A stretch of 64,000 nt of DNA from a virus: the IMG/VR virus record IMGVR_UViG_3300036860_000131, positions 1 to 64,000 of that record; one strand, 5' to 3'. Below, in pieces: positions 16,856-24,406 of the stretch; the stretch's first letter is position 1, and each line of letters opens with the position of its first letter. The notes beneath the pieces were generated by a model. The model was not told the origin of the DNA and did not search any database. It was given only the letters and a program-made list of their open reading frames with translations. The translations under genes were made by a program, and so were the position numbers.

Positions 16856-17249
16856 CGCCCGATCTCCTCCAGGGCTTTATCAGCGCCGGACTTAGCGAAT
16901 ACGACGCCGTGTTTGATCGAGTAGAGCATTCGCACGGCTATCGCCAGCTTGTGCTCCGCTCCTTCCGCCCGGCGCCGCAGCCTGTCGCGCTTGTCGATGT
17001 CCAGGAGGCAGGCGGGGCAGCGCTCGTATAACATGCACTTGTCGGCGAGTTCCGTGATGCCAGCGCAGAGCCTTTCCTTTAGGCAGGCTTCACACCAGCG
17101 CTCCTCGCAGCGACCTGTGACGTTGTAATCGCAGAACGTGAGGCGGTCGGGCAGAAGCCACTCGCCGCAGCCGCAACGCACGTAGCCCTTCGCGCGCCAC
17201 TCCTCGTCGGTCGGCACGTCGCGCTCGTCCACGCCGAGGTCGTCAGGCA
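16852..17249 (-). CDS. Cys-rich hypothetical protein (132 aa)
   Basis: ATG at 17249 is close to the upstream stop. Contains CGCGEW, CDYNVTGRCEERWCEACLKERLC and CPACL. Confidence 0.5.
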
Positions 17250-17626
17250 TTTGATCCGCCTTCAACGACAGACGGGTGGTACTGGAGAATAAAGTCCTGC
17301 AAGCTGAAAATTTCCTTGCCATCCTCGGTCTTCGGATAGTGGCAGGCGCGACCGGGCCAACCGCAAGAACCGCAACGCCCTTCGCCATGTTGAAGCCCAT
17401 ACTCGAATCCACCGAGCAACGCAGCCATCATCCCGCCTTGAACCTTGCCGCACTTAAGGCACTTTCCTTCTTCGTTTGGCTCGGCGAACATAGAGAAGTA
17501 TTCACGTAGTGCGATTTGCGCGTCCAGGTCCAATGTCTCAAGGCCATTCAGTAGTTTCTCCGGCGTCATGCGCGGAACGCTGTTGCTCACGCCGAGGTCG
17601 TAGCGCTCGGGGTCAGGGTTGGGCAT
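17243..17626 (-). CDS. Cys-rich hypothetical protein (127 aa)
   Basis: Contains GKCLKCGK...GRCGSCGW. The start codon abuts the upstream TGA. Confidence 0.5.
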   Translation of the reverse strand: MPNPDPERYDLGVSNSVPRMTPEKLLNGLETLDLDAQIALREYFSMFAEPNEEGKCLKCGKVQGGMMAALLGGFEYGLQHGEGRCGSCGWPGRACHYPKTEDGKEIFSLQDFILQYHPSVVEGGSNA

Positions 17627-17991
17627 CACTCTTCCACCACGATCACGCGACCGGGGGCCATCTCCTCGGCTTCCTGAATCGGATCGCGCTTCAGTTGCTC
17701 AGCGAAAGGAATTGGCGAGACTTCGTGCTGCTGGCCAAACTCTTCCGCGTAGAACTCCAGCCGCTCTCGAAAGTTCTGCGGGGTGACCTCAGCGCAATCG
17801 ACCGATCTTTGCTTCAGCCACGGAAGGGACTCCTCAAACCACGCCTGCGAGTCTCTGCAAGCGCGCGGAATCTGATGTGTGAATATCGGCACACCACCAT
17901 GCAGGAATCTGAGTGCCCCGTAGAGATCCTCAAGCGGGCACATCAGCTTGCCGGTATAGACGGACAGGATCTGACCAATCGTGAATGTCAC
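17626..17991 (-). CDS. hypothetical protein
   Basis: GTG at 17991 overlaps the upstream TGA (GTGA). N-terminus VTFTIGQILSVYTGKLMCP...FTHQIPRA resembles a recurrent phage family of unknown function. Confidence 0.5.
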   Translation of the reverse strand: MTFTIGQILSVYTGKLMCPLEDLYGALRFLHGGVPIFTHQIPRACRDSQAWFEESLPWLKQRSVDCAEVTPQNFRERLEFYAEEFGQQHEVSPIPFAEQLKRDPIQEAEEMAPGRVIVVEE

Positions 17992-18176
17992 CGCGCCACC
18001 TCCCGCAGAATCCACAGCGCCGCCATCGTGCACAGCGCGGCAAACTCAATCCACGCCATATTTCGATAGGCGTCGCGCTCGGCGAGTAGGCGCAGGCGGT
18101 TCGCCTCCTCCATGCGACGCGCCTCAAGGAAGGCGTCGGGATCGGTCGGTAGTAGGTTCGCTTTACTCAGCAGCAT
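17988..18176 (-). CDS. small protein with a C-terminal hydrophobic helix (62 aa)
   Basis: ORF whose C-terminus AWIEFAALCTMAALWIL is hydrophobic. Confidence 0.4.
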   Translation of the reverse strand: MLLSKANLLPTDPDAFLEARRMEEANRLRLLAERDAYRNMAWIEFAALCTMAALWILREVAR

Positions 18177-18199
18177 TTACGTCTCTCCCCTTGCCATAG

Positions 18200-18397
18200 T
18201 CATCCGAACTTCAGCCGCGCATCCTCGGCCCGCCAGCCGCAGCGCCAGCGCTCGGCCAGATACCGGCTGTAGCTCCACGGGTTGCGCTCAATCGGCACGC
18301 CGGCACGCCGCGCGAGTTCGCCCTGCTCGTAGGCGTGGTTAGACGCGCCCAACTTGCGGCAGTCGGTGGCTTGGGCGAGGCTGAAGTGGCGTCTCAT
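18200..18397 (-). CDS. Rmf/CrpP-like small protein
   Basis: AYEQGELARRAGVPIERNPW...RWRCGWRAE resembles the ribosome-modulation-factor/CrpP motif. Confidence 0.5.
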   Translation of the reverse strand: MRRHFSLAQATDCRKLGASNHAYEQGELARRAGVPIERNPWSYSRYLAERWRCGWRAEDARLKFG

Positions 18398-18882
18398 ATC
18401 CCGAATACCTGTTGTGGCGCCGCTACAATAGGGTTTGCCTGCCCATCACGGAGCTTTGCGGCCATCTTGTACGCGCGACCGCCAATGTCATTCATCGATG
18501 AGAGCCGGTCCTCGTGCCACTTCCGCCGCCAGAGTTCGCGCTTATCTGGATCGTCGATCAAGTCCAATCCGGCCCGGTAAGTTTCCCGGTCCTCTCCGCG
18601 CCCTATCAGGCATGAATCGAAGCACTCCGCAAGTTCGGCGCGCTTGGCGGCGTCGGTGGTAACGCGGTCTACTACCGACTCGAGCCCCTCGCCCAGGAAT
18701 TGCTGGCACCATTTTTCCGTGCCACCAAACAAGAACATCGGAACCCCTGCGGCATCGTCGCTATTGAGTGGCTTAAAGGAGTACTGGCCTCGCCCGAGAA
18801 AGAGACAGGCTACCAGGGCGACGTCCAGAGATTTCGCCTCGATAGTGTACGGGTCGCTCATGTTGATGATTTCGTAAAGCAC
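18394..18882 (-). CDS. hypothetical protein (162 aa)
   Basis: ORF with ATGA coupling at 18394-18397. Confidence 0.55.
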   Translation of the reverse strand: MLYEIINMSDPYTIEAKSLDVALVACLFLGRGQYSFKPLNSDDAAGVPMFLFGGTEKWCQQFLGEGLESVVDRVTTDAAKRAELAECFDSCLIGRGEDRETYRAGLDLIDDPDKRELWRRKWHEDRLSSMNDIGGRAYKMAAKLRDGQANPIVAAPQQVFGI

Positions 18883-19112
18883 TACATCGACCTCCGCAAC
18901 GTCTCAGCCTGCCCGCGCGAAATGCCGACGGCCACCAACTTGCCGCCAATCCTGATGCTCAGAATGTCGCTCGGCGATACCGCAATCTCGGCAGCCACCC
19001 ACCGCGCCAGGTTGTTCCGCGCCGACTCGCGCAGCAGTGTGCGGGCGCGGATGGCCGACGCGCAGTCGGGCTGGTGGGCGTCGAGTGGGGCGTGGCAGTC
19101 GGTGCAGGTCAT
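18882..19112 (-). CDS. hypothetical protein (76 aa)
   Basis: ORF contiguous with its neighbours. Confidence 0.45.
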   Translation of the reverse strand: MTCTDCHAPLDAHQPDCASAIRARTLLRESARNNLARWVAAEIAVSPSDILSIRIGGKLVAVGISRGQAETLRRSM

Positions 19113-19114
19113 GG

Positions 19115-19306
19115 TCAGCCTCGCACGAGCGGCGCTCTTAGCGTCCGCAATTTCTCATGCCCTGATTCTTCGCCGAGAATCGCGGCGACGTTCTTCCACT
19201 GCGCGCTGAATTCCTTTATGGCAACGCGGCGTCCATGCCCTTGCGGGCGTTCGACAATGCGCGCAATGGCGGAGCGGACAGTTTCTATTTTTTGCTCAAT
19301 GGTCAT
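19115..19306 (-). CDS. hypothetical protein (63 aa)
   Basis: ATG at 19306 preceded by GAGGG. The longer track ORF upstream is Arg-rich and probably non-coding. Confidence 0.4.
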   Translation of the reverse strand: MTIEQKIETVRSAIARIVERPQGHGRRVAIKEFSAQWKNVAAILGEESGHEKLRTLRAPLVRG

Positions 19307-19495
19307 CGGAAAACCCTCAGGTAACTGGCGGCCGGAAAATGTCTCGTAAACCAGCCGCCAGCCTTGCGTGCGAGCGTCGGAGGAGCGCCCACAGTTTGCA
19401 AGATCCCAACTGGTGCCCCGCGTCTCACGTGTGTCGCCCGGAGCACCAGCTCGAATCTCCCGCCGCTCTCCGCAGGGCAGCGGGGTCAAGGAAAA

Positions 19496-20311
19496 TCAGG
19501 CCGCCTTGCCGAGCAGCACAGCCGCGCCAGTTCCAGCGGCGATCGCGGCCACGGCGTCGTTGAATGCCTGCTCGGTCACCTTGTGCGGCCGGAGTAAGTC
19601 GTACCAGAGCACAAGCTTCTGTTCCTGGATGCGATAGCGGAGCCGCGCCGTCACCTCCGCGATCTCAACACCCTGATACGGAACCAGTCGGAGTTTGAAC
19701 TCTTCCGGGACGACGAGCTTATCCTTGCCGACCGTTGCTGCCGACTCTTCCTGGTAGGTCAGCGTGGTCCAGCCGTCGCTCAGTCGCTTGCCGCTAACGA
19801 AGTAGACGCCCTTCGTTGCCTCCAGCCGCAGGGCCAAATCGAGCAGCGCCGCGCTGTTAACGACATCCGGCGCGTTGTCTTCGATGAACTGCGCGAACCC
19901 CTCCTGCGTCTTCCGCTTGCCGTTATCCGCGAGCCACGTCGCCCACTCGACGGTTGGCATCAGCGAGAAAGTCACCGTGTGCTGACGCCACCCGGCATCG
20001 CCACCAGCCTTGTGATAGTCGATAACGGCAATCACGTTTTGCGTCGTCGTGTCGGCGAACATGATGCTGGTGTTTTCGCTCGCGTATCGTTTCCAATAGG
20101 CAACGAACGTGGCCACGTCGTGCGCGTTCACTTGCGCCTTTGCGCGCCGCGGAGCCGGCAGGAATCCGTTGATGATGGGTTCCAGCGGTGCAACCGTCCA
20201 GCCTTGCGGAACAAGCATCACTTCCGTGATTCCAGCAGCCGGCGTCGGAGCGGCCCCCGCAGCGCGTCCAATCTTCAGGATCTCGCTGAGAACCTGGCTA
20301 TCAATTTCCAT
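19496..20311 (-). CDS. DUF2303 (YfdQ-like) protein
   Basis: Length and layout (VPQGW...FVAYWKRY...IAVIDYH...WL....FAQFIEDN...VVPEEF) fit the YfdQ family common in prophage early regions. Confidence 0.7.
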   Translation of the reverse strand: MEIDSQVLSEILKIGRAAGAAPTPAAGITEVMLVPQGWTVAPLEPIINGFLPAPRRAKAQVNAHDVATFVAYWKRYASENTSIMFADTTTQNVIAVIDYHKAGGDAGWRQHTVTFSLMPTVEWATWLADNGKRKTQEGFAQFIEDNAPDVVNSAALLDLALRLEATKGVYFVSGKRLSDGWTTLTYQEESAATVGKDKLVVPEEFKLRLVPYQGVEIAEVTARLRYRIQEQKLVLWYDLLRPHKVTEQAFNDAVAAIAAGTGAAVLLGKAA

Positions 20312-20639
20312 TCTGCTTGTCCTTCTTTCCTGCGTTCTGAACTTCCAACTCCATCGCGATCTGGCGCGGGTCGTCGCGGCTCAACGTCGCGTCATCGAGC
20401 AGGTGGAAGATGGTGGAGTCCGGCGTCTCCGTGGGCTCCAGAATCTTGCACGTGCCGGTGATCTTGACCTGTGTCACCTTGAAATCCTTGATCTTCTGCG
20501 GCTCGATGTCGAGAGTTAGGGTTAGCTTCCCCTTCTTACCGGTGTCCCGCACTGCGGCCAAGACCTTCTCCATGTCGCGGTGAAGGTCATGCGCCACTTG
20601 TCCGTTGCTGAGTTCGATCAATGCTTGAATGAAATCCAT
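20301..20639 (-). CDS. hypothetical protein (112 aa)
   Basis: ATG at 20639 preceded by GAGGAG. Confidence 0.5.
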   Translation of the reverse strand: MDFIQALIELSNGQVAHDLHRDMEKVLAAVRDTGKKGKLTLTLDIEPQKIKDFKVTQVKITGTCKILEPTETPDSTIFHLLDDATLSRDDPRQIAMELEVQNAGKKDKQNGN

Positions 20640-20737
20640 ATTTCTCCTCACCACTCGGAAGGCTCTGGCATCTGGTCGCCCGATTCGAAGGCGCGCTGTT
20701 CTGCGCGATGGCGTGCCGACCGCGCCTCGCGGGCCTC

Positions 20738-20947
20738 CTACTCTTCGCGCTCCTCGCGCCGCCGTTCATCGTCGCGGCGCTCGGCATCGAAGCCGCGCAT
20801 GTAGGCTTCGGCGCAAGCATCAACATTTCTGTCCCAATATTTTTGATGGTCGTAGCCGTAGGAGCCGCGGCGACGAAAATCATCGCGGCCCTCGCGCTCA
20901 TGCTCACGCTCACGCTCGTTGTCGCACCATGATCGCCACATCGCCAT
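20738..20947 (-). CDS. small highly charged protein
   Basis: MAMWRSWCDNEREREHERE...RRREEREE. The internal ATG was chosen just after the upstream stop. Confidence 0.4.
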   Translation of the reverse strand: MAMWRSWCDNEREREHEREGRDDFRRRGSYGYDHQKYWDRNVDACAEAYMRGFDAERRDDERRREEREE

Positions 20948-20952
20948 TATCC

Positions 20953-21378
20953 TCAGAACTTCGCCATGATCCACCCGCCCCCGATCACCAGCGCGGCCAG
21001 CCCGATTACGAACAGCACGAACTCGCACCGCTCGGCCCGCCGCTTCCAGAAGTCCTCACGCTCGCACGCGGCCCTGTGCTGGCGCTCGGAGTCCAGCAGC
21101 GCGTTTTCTACGCACTCCAGTCGGCGCAGGATGCCTGTCGCGTCCGGCACGTCGGCACCACGGATGCCAACCGAGACGCTCTTCACGCCAGGGATGGTTT
21201 CCCATTGACCATCCTTGCCGCGGACTTGCAGCTTCGGCGCGTTCGCCATGATGCCGCCGCCCTCGTCGTGCGCTTCGCCGTCACGCGCGCCTGTCCGCAA
21301 CTCGCCGGTCGCCAGCGAGCGCTCCATGTCGGCGTCAAGGCTGCGGAGCCAACGGTGATCCTGTGCGGAGCGGTCCAT
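20953..21378 (-). CDS. hypothetical protein with a C-terminal transmembrane helix
   Basis: C-terminus FVLFVIGLAALVIGGGWIMAKF. Confidence 0.5.
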   Translation of the reverse strand: MDRSAQDHRWLRSLDADMERSLATGELRTGARDGEAHDEGGGIMANAPKLQVRGKDGQWETIPGVKSVSVGIRGADVPDATGILRRLECVENALLDSERQHRAACEREDFWKRRAERCEFVLFVIGLAALVIGGGWIMAKF

Positions 21379-21388
21379 GGCGTCTCCC

Positions 21389-21754
21389 TTAAAACGGTGG
21401 CACTAGAATCGCGCCCACAGGCGCCGCTGCCGGGTCGTACCGGCTCAGGTGGCCGAAATTGCCCTCCAGCCCCGGCGCGATCTCAATGTTCGGCATCAGC
21501 GCGCTCGGCACCCAGGTGTAGCCATAGGATCGGCGCAGGGCCATCACTTTCGCGGCGTCCTGCTGAGCAACGTCCACCGGGTGGTCGATGATCTGGCCGG
21601 CCTTCGCCAGCGCGATCGCCTTCTCGATGCGGTCGCGGTCGTCGTCATTCGTGCGTAGCGCCAGCACTTCCGCCGTCAGCTCCTGCACAACCGGCCCGGC
21701 CTCAGTCATCACGGCCCGCTGCTTGTACGGGTCAATAGTATTCCAGTCAATCAC
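21389..21754 (-). CDS. hypothetical protein (121 aa)
   Basis: ORF with ATGA coupling at 21751-21754. Confidence 0.5.
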   Translation of the reverse strand: MIDWNTIDPYKQRAVMTEAGPVVQELTAEVLALRTNDDDRDRIEKAIALAKAGQIIDHPVDVAQQDAAKVMALRRSYGYTWVPSALMPNIEIAPGLEGNFGHLSRYDPAAAPVGAILVPPF

Positions 21755-21933
21755 CGGCCACTCTCCTTTCGTTCTCGCTTCGCGAGCAACTCTTCAATGA
21801 ACCGCACCCGCTCCGGGTCGTCCTCGCTGGTCTGCCCGATGCCGGGCTTCTTCTTGCTCTTTCGCATTTCGCCCAAGCGGTAGATGCCTTCCGTCTCACG
21901 ACTGAAAATGTCGCGGTCGATCAGGGCGCTCAT
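21751..21933 (-). CDS. hypothetical protein (60 aa)
   Basis: ATG at 21933 overlaps the stop of the 24-aa ORF. Confidence 0.45.
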   Translation of the reverse strand: MSALIDRDIFSRETEGIYRLGEMRKSKKKPGIGQTSEDDPERVRFIEELLAKRERKESGR

Positions 21934-22007
21934 CACAGCCTCGCCAGCCGTATCGCCGTGATCGCGGACACGGCGGCAAGAATGAACCAGAGCGCGATGG
22001 CGGTCAT
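21933..22007 (-). CDS. 24-aa hydrophobic micro-ORF
   Basis: MTAIALWFILAAVSAITAIRLARL. ATGA overlaps at both ends. Too short for the ORF track. Confidence 0.3.
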   Translation of the reverse strand: MTAIALWFILAAVSAITAIRLARL

Positions 22008-22159
22008 TCCAGCCTCTCTATGAGCAGGTCGATTTCGGCAACTTTCTCGTGATCTTTAACCGTTGCATTTTGTGTCAAGTTGCGAGATAAAAGTAGGCTA
22101 TTGAGGATTAACTCCCGCTCCCGCACGCTCAGCTCGACCTGGTAGGTGACTTCAGCCAC
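22004..22159 (-). CDS. hypothetical protein (51 aa)
   Basis: GTG at 22159 preceded by GGGAGGAGG. Translates to VAEVTYQVELSVRERELILNSLL... Confidence 0.4.
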   Translation of the reverse strand: MAEVTYQVELSVRERELILNSLLLSRNLTQNATVKDHEKVAEIDLLIERLE

Positions 22160-22325
22160 GGGCCTCCTCCCGGATCGCTGGCACTCGCACCCGCTCGCCC
22201 TTCGCGTTTCGCGTCCACGGCATCGTGGTCACGGCCACGTGCGGGCACTCGTCGGTTTCGACGTAGCGCCGGATGGCCGCCTTGGACCGGCGACGCAGAT
22301 CACGGATGCGTGCGTTCGCTTTCAC
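22152..22325 (-). CDS. hypothetical basic protein (57 aa)
   Basis: GTG at 22325 preceded by GGGAGGG and overlapping the upstream TGA. Translates to VKANARIRDLRRRSKAAIRRYVETDECPH... Confidence 0.4.
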   Translation of the reverse strand: MKANARIRDLRRRSKAAIRRYVETDECPHVAVTTMPWTRNAKGERVRVPAIREEARG

Positions 22326-22384
22326 GCCGCACCCTCCCGGAAGTCCTGCTCCACGCTGGCGACGGCCTCGGCCTCGATGCTCAT
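22322..22384 (-). CDS. 20-aa acidic micro-ORF
   Basis: MSIEAEAVASVEQDFREGAA. ATGA and GTGA overlaps at its ends. Confidence 0.2.
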   Translation of the reverse strand: MSIEAEAVASVEQDFREGAA

Positions 22385-22446
22385 AGCCTCACCAAGAGCA
22401 CGGCGACAATCAGAGAGCAGACCGCGAAGACGATGATAATGCTCAT
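22381..22446 (-). CDS. 21-aa hydrophobic micro-ORF
   Basis: MSIIIVFAVCSLIVAVLLVRL. ATG overlaps the Cro-like stop (ATGA). Confidence 0.3.
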   Translation of the reverse strand: MSIIIVFAVCSLIVAVLLVRL

Positions 22447-22652
22447 GCCGCCCTGCCTTCCCGCGCGAGCAATTGCCGCGCGCGCCGTTCCAGTGCCCGG
22501 CGAATTCGCGCCGACTTCGTGCCGCCGCTCAACACCAGCGAGATTGCTGTCTGCGATACGCCTATGTCACGGGCCAGCTTGACACCAGCACCTCGGTTGC
22601 GGCTGAAAACCTCGCGAATCTTCTCCGGCGTCAACGCCTGTTCAGTTTCCAT
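22443..22652 (-). CDS. Cro/Ner-like HTH DNA-binding protein, first gene of the early operon
   Basis: GVKLARDIGVSQTAISLVLSG is a helix-turn-helix. The protein is 69 aa, and the gene sits immediately downstream of the divergent AT-rich control region. Confidence 0.65.
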   Translation of the reverse strand: METEQALTPEKIREVFSRNRGAGVKLARDIGVSQTAISLVLSGGTKSARIRRALERRARQLLAREGRAA

Positions 22653-22659
22653 AAGTAAT

Positions 22660-22768
22660 ACTTTACGTATTGAACTTTACTACAGGGCGGGAGCGAAATC
22701 AAGAGGAAAACTAGGGCGAGGCGGCTGGTGGCGCGTAAACTATAGTAGGGATAGGAAATAAAGTTTAC
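22660..22768. promoter_or_regulatory. four copies of GTAAA(G/C)T: candidate operator half-sites
   Basis: GTAAAGT occurs twice on the minus strand (22660-22666 and 22674-22680, 14 nt apart, over the -10/TSS of the early promoter). GTAAACT on the plus strand (22735-22741) is inverted against GTAAACT on the minus strand (22762-22768). Confidence 0.35.
22674..22702 (-). promoter_or_regulatory. candidate sigma70-type early promoter
   Basis: On the minus strand: TTGATT, a 17-nt spacer, then TAAAGT, ending 21 nt before the ATG at 22652. No Shine-Dalgarno sequence in the short leader. Confidence 0.4.
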
Positions 22769-22777
22769 CGATTTCTC

Positions 22778-22806
22778 TTGACGCTGTTTGTGCAAACTGC
22801 TATAGT
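22778..22806 (+). promoter_or_regulatory. near-consensus sigma70-type promoter for the plus-strand small-gene operon; predicted leaderless transcript
   Basis: TTGACG, a 17-nt spacer, then TATAGT. The ATG of the first plus-strand gene (22813) starts 7 nt after the -10 hexamer. Confidence 0.55.
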
Positions 22807-22812
22807 GGAAGC

Positions 22813-23001
22813 ATGGAAAACGTAATGTACCGGCTGAGATCACTGGTTGATGAATCCCTGAATGTCAACTTCGAGTGCTTTGAGGATATGCTTGCGCACG
22901 TCGGAGCCAACTCCGTTAGCGGTGACGACGCCGTGATGGAAGAGTGGGTTGACGACCGGGAGGCACCGCCGAATTCAGGCTGGCGGGTGATAGAGTCATG
23001 A
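22813..23001 (+). CDS. hypothetical acidic protein (62 aa)
   Basis: First ORF after the strong promoter. Lower-GC start. No HTH recognised. Confidence 0.5.
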   Translation: MENVMYRLRSLVDESLNVNFECFEDMLAHVGANSVSGDDAVMEEWVDDREAPPNSGWRVIES

Positions 23002-23243
23002 CCCGCGCCATTGCCTACGCCGCCGCGACGGACGCGGGGAACCGCACGTATTCGTGGACGGCAACGCAGAACACCGGCGTGCTTTGCGGCGGAGTCCCAG
23101 ACTGGGCCACTGGCACAGTTGCAGCGCCTGACAGAGAGTCGGCGCTGAATGACGTCCGCTGGACCCTCCGCGCCCGCAAGGCTAGCGGACTAGCGCCCCG
23201 CAGCGCGACGTACAGTATCGAAATGCACGAGGTGCGGTCATGA
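22998..23243 (+). CDS. hypothetical protein (81 aa)
   Basis: ATGA overlap with the upstream gene. Confidence 0.5.
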   Translation: MTRAIAYAAATDAGNRTYSWTATQNTGVLCGGVPDWATGTVAAPDRESALNDVRWTLRARKASGLAPRSATYSIEMHEVRS

Positions 23244-23395
23244 CACCCTTCGCCGACGCGACGCAGGCGCGTACATGGATCAACCGCAACGCGGGAGACC
23301 GAGAAGTAACCATACTCCTGCCCAACCGACTTGCGATGAGCACGCATTCCTGGTACAGCACGATGTATTTCCGCGTGCCGGAGGTGCGGTCATGA
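23240..23395 (+). CDS. hypothetical protein (51 aa)
   Basis: ATGA overlaps at both ends. Both junctions share the 15-mer GAGGTGCGGTCATGA. Below the ORF-track length cutoff. Confidence 0.4.
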   Translation: MTPFADATQARTWINRNAGDREVTILLPNRLAMSTHSWYSTMYFRVPEVRS

Positions 23396-23628
23396 GCGAC
23401 TATTGCAACTGCTGCACAACGAACGGCGAGTATATTCGACAGCATTATGATCCCGACGCGCAGACACGGCACGATGAGTGCCCCGAGGACGTGCTAGAAA
23501 TATTCCGCGCGTGTAGCGACCCTGATTTATCCTGCCCGCTCACATTGCGCGATGTTGAGCGGTATCTGGAAGAACTCGCGCTGGAGGCCCGCACTACGCC
23601 CCGCAGCGCAGGCAGGCGGTACTGGTGA
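23392..23628 (+). CDS. hypothetical Cys-containing protein (78 aa)
   Basis: MSDYCNCCTTNGEY... The internal ATG is coupled to the upstream stop. Confidence 0.5.
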   Translation: MSDYCNCCTTNGEYIRQHYDPDAQTRHDECPEDVLEIFRACSDPDLSCPLTLRDVERYLEELALEARTTPRSAGRRYW

Positions 23629-23768
23629 GAAAACTATCGAAACGCACGGCCCGCCGCATGGCCCGCGCACGCAAGACGCACGGCGGCGGCCGGCCGCGTG
23701 TGCCGCGCCCCTGCCCGAAGTGCGGCGTTGCGTGCGCGTCCACGCGGGCGGCACTGGGGCATTGCTAG
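23625..23768 (+). CDS. small basic zinc-ribbon-like protein (47 aa)
   Basis: GTGA overlap at 23625-23628. Contains ..THGGGRPRVPRPCPKCGVACAS..ALGHC. Confidence 0.4.
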   Translation: MRKLSKRTARRMARARKTHGGGRPRVPRPCPKCGVACASTRAALGHC

Positions 23769-24406
23769 GGGATTTGCACGACGAACGGCGTCTTGCTTGG
23801 CCACGCGCCGAGCACCAGGCCACCCGCGCAGCGCCGCGCGCCAGCGGGAGCCAGCACGTACACCGTATCCGGTTCCACCCACGGGCCCAGCGCCGCCGGG
23901 CTTGCGCCGCTGCTATCGAGCCAGTGTGTCGCGCGGTCCACGAATGGCAGTGCTGCCGCGGTCGCGCCTCGTATGGCCACGCTTGCCGTGATGAGGTCGG
24001 CCGCCATGGCCGCGTTCAGCCCGAGTAGCGCGACTTCTAGCCCACGGACGGCCCAGTAGCGCTTTGACTTCTCACGGCTCCGCTGGAACACATACGGCGT
24101 CAACGGTGGCGCGATGAGGTTGAGCTTTCGCCCGACCGCCGCGCGTACTTCAGAGCCGCTGATCTCCCGCGGCGCGGCTGAAGCGTTGCACACGTCTACG
24201 GAGTAGAGCGCGATCCCGCGCAGCTTGGACAGCGCGACGGCGGCGAGAGCTTCGCCGGGCTGGTGGTTGACCACGATTTCAACGGCGGCGGGAGGTGATC
24301 CAGGATCAACAGTTGATCTAGGATCCGTGGCCTGGAATGCGGCTGGCGGTAGGTCGAAGCGCTGGGCGAGGAGTGGGAGGACGAGCGCGAGGAATAAAGA
24401 CTTCAT
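23765..24406 (-). CDS. secreted hypothetical protein (signal-peptide-like N-terminus)
   Basis: N-terminus MKSLFLALVLPLLAQ. Last gene of the long minus-strand late operon. Confidence 0.55.
   Translation of the reverse strand: MKSLFLALVLPLLAQRFDLPPAAFQATDPRSTVDPGSPPAAVEIVVNHQPGEALAAVALSKLRGIALYSVDVCNASAAPREISGSEVRAAVGRKLNLIAPPLTPYVFQRSREKSKRYWAVRGLEVALLGLNAAMAADLITASVAIRGATAAALPFVDRATHWLDSSGASPAALGPWVEPDTVYVLAPAGARRCAGGLVLGAWPSKTPFVVQIP

Noticed and set aside
20629-21591. 320-aa plus-strand ORF
   Set aside because: It spans several well-formed, translationally coupled minus-strand genes. The Arg/Pro/Ala-rich sequence has no motif.
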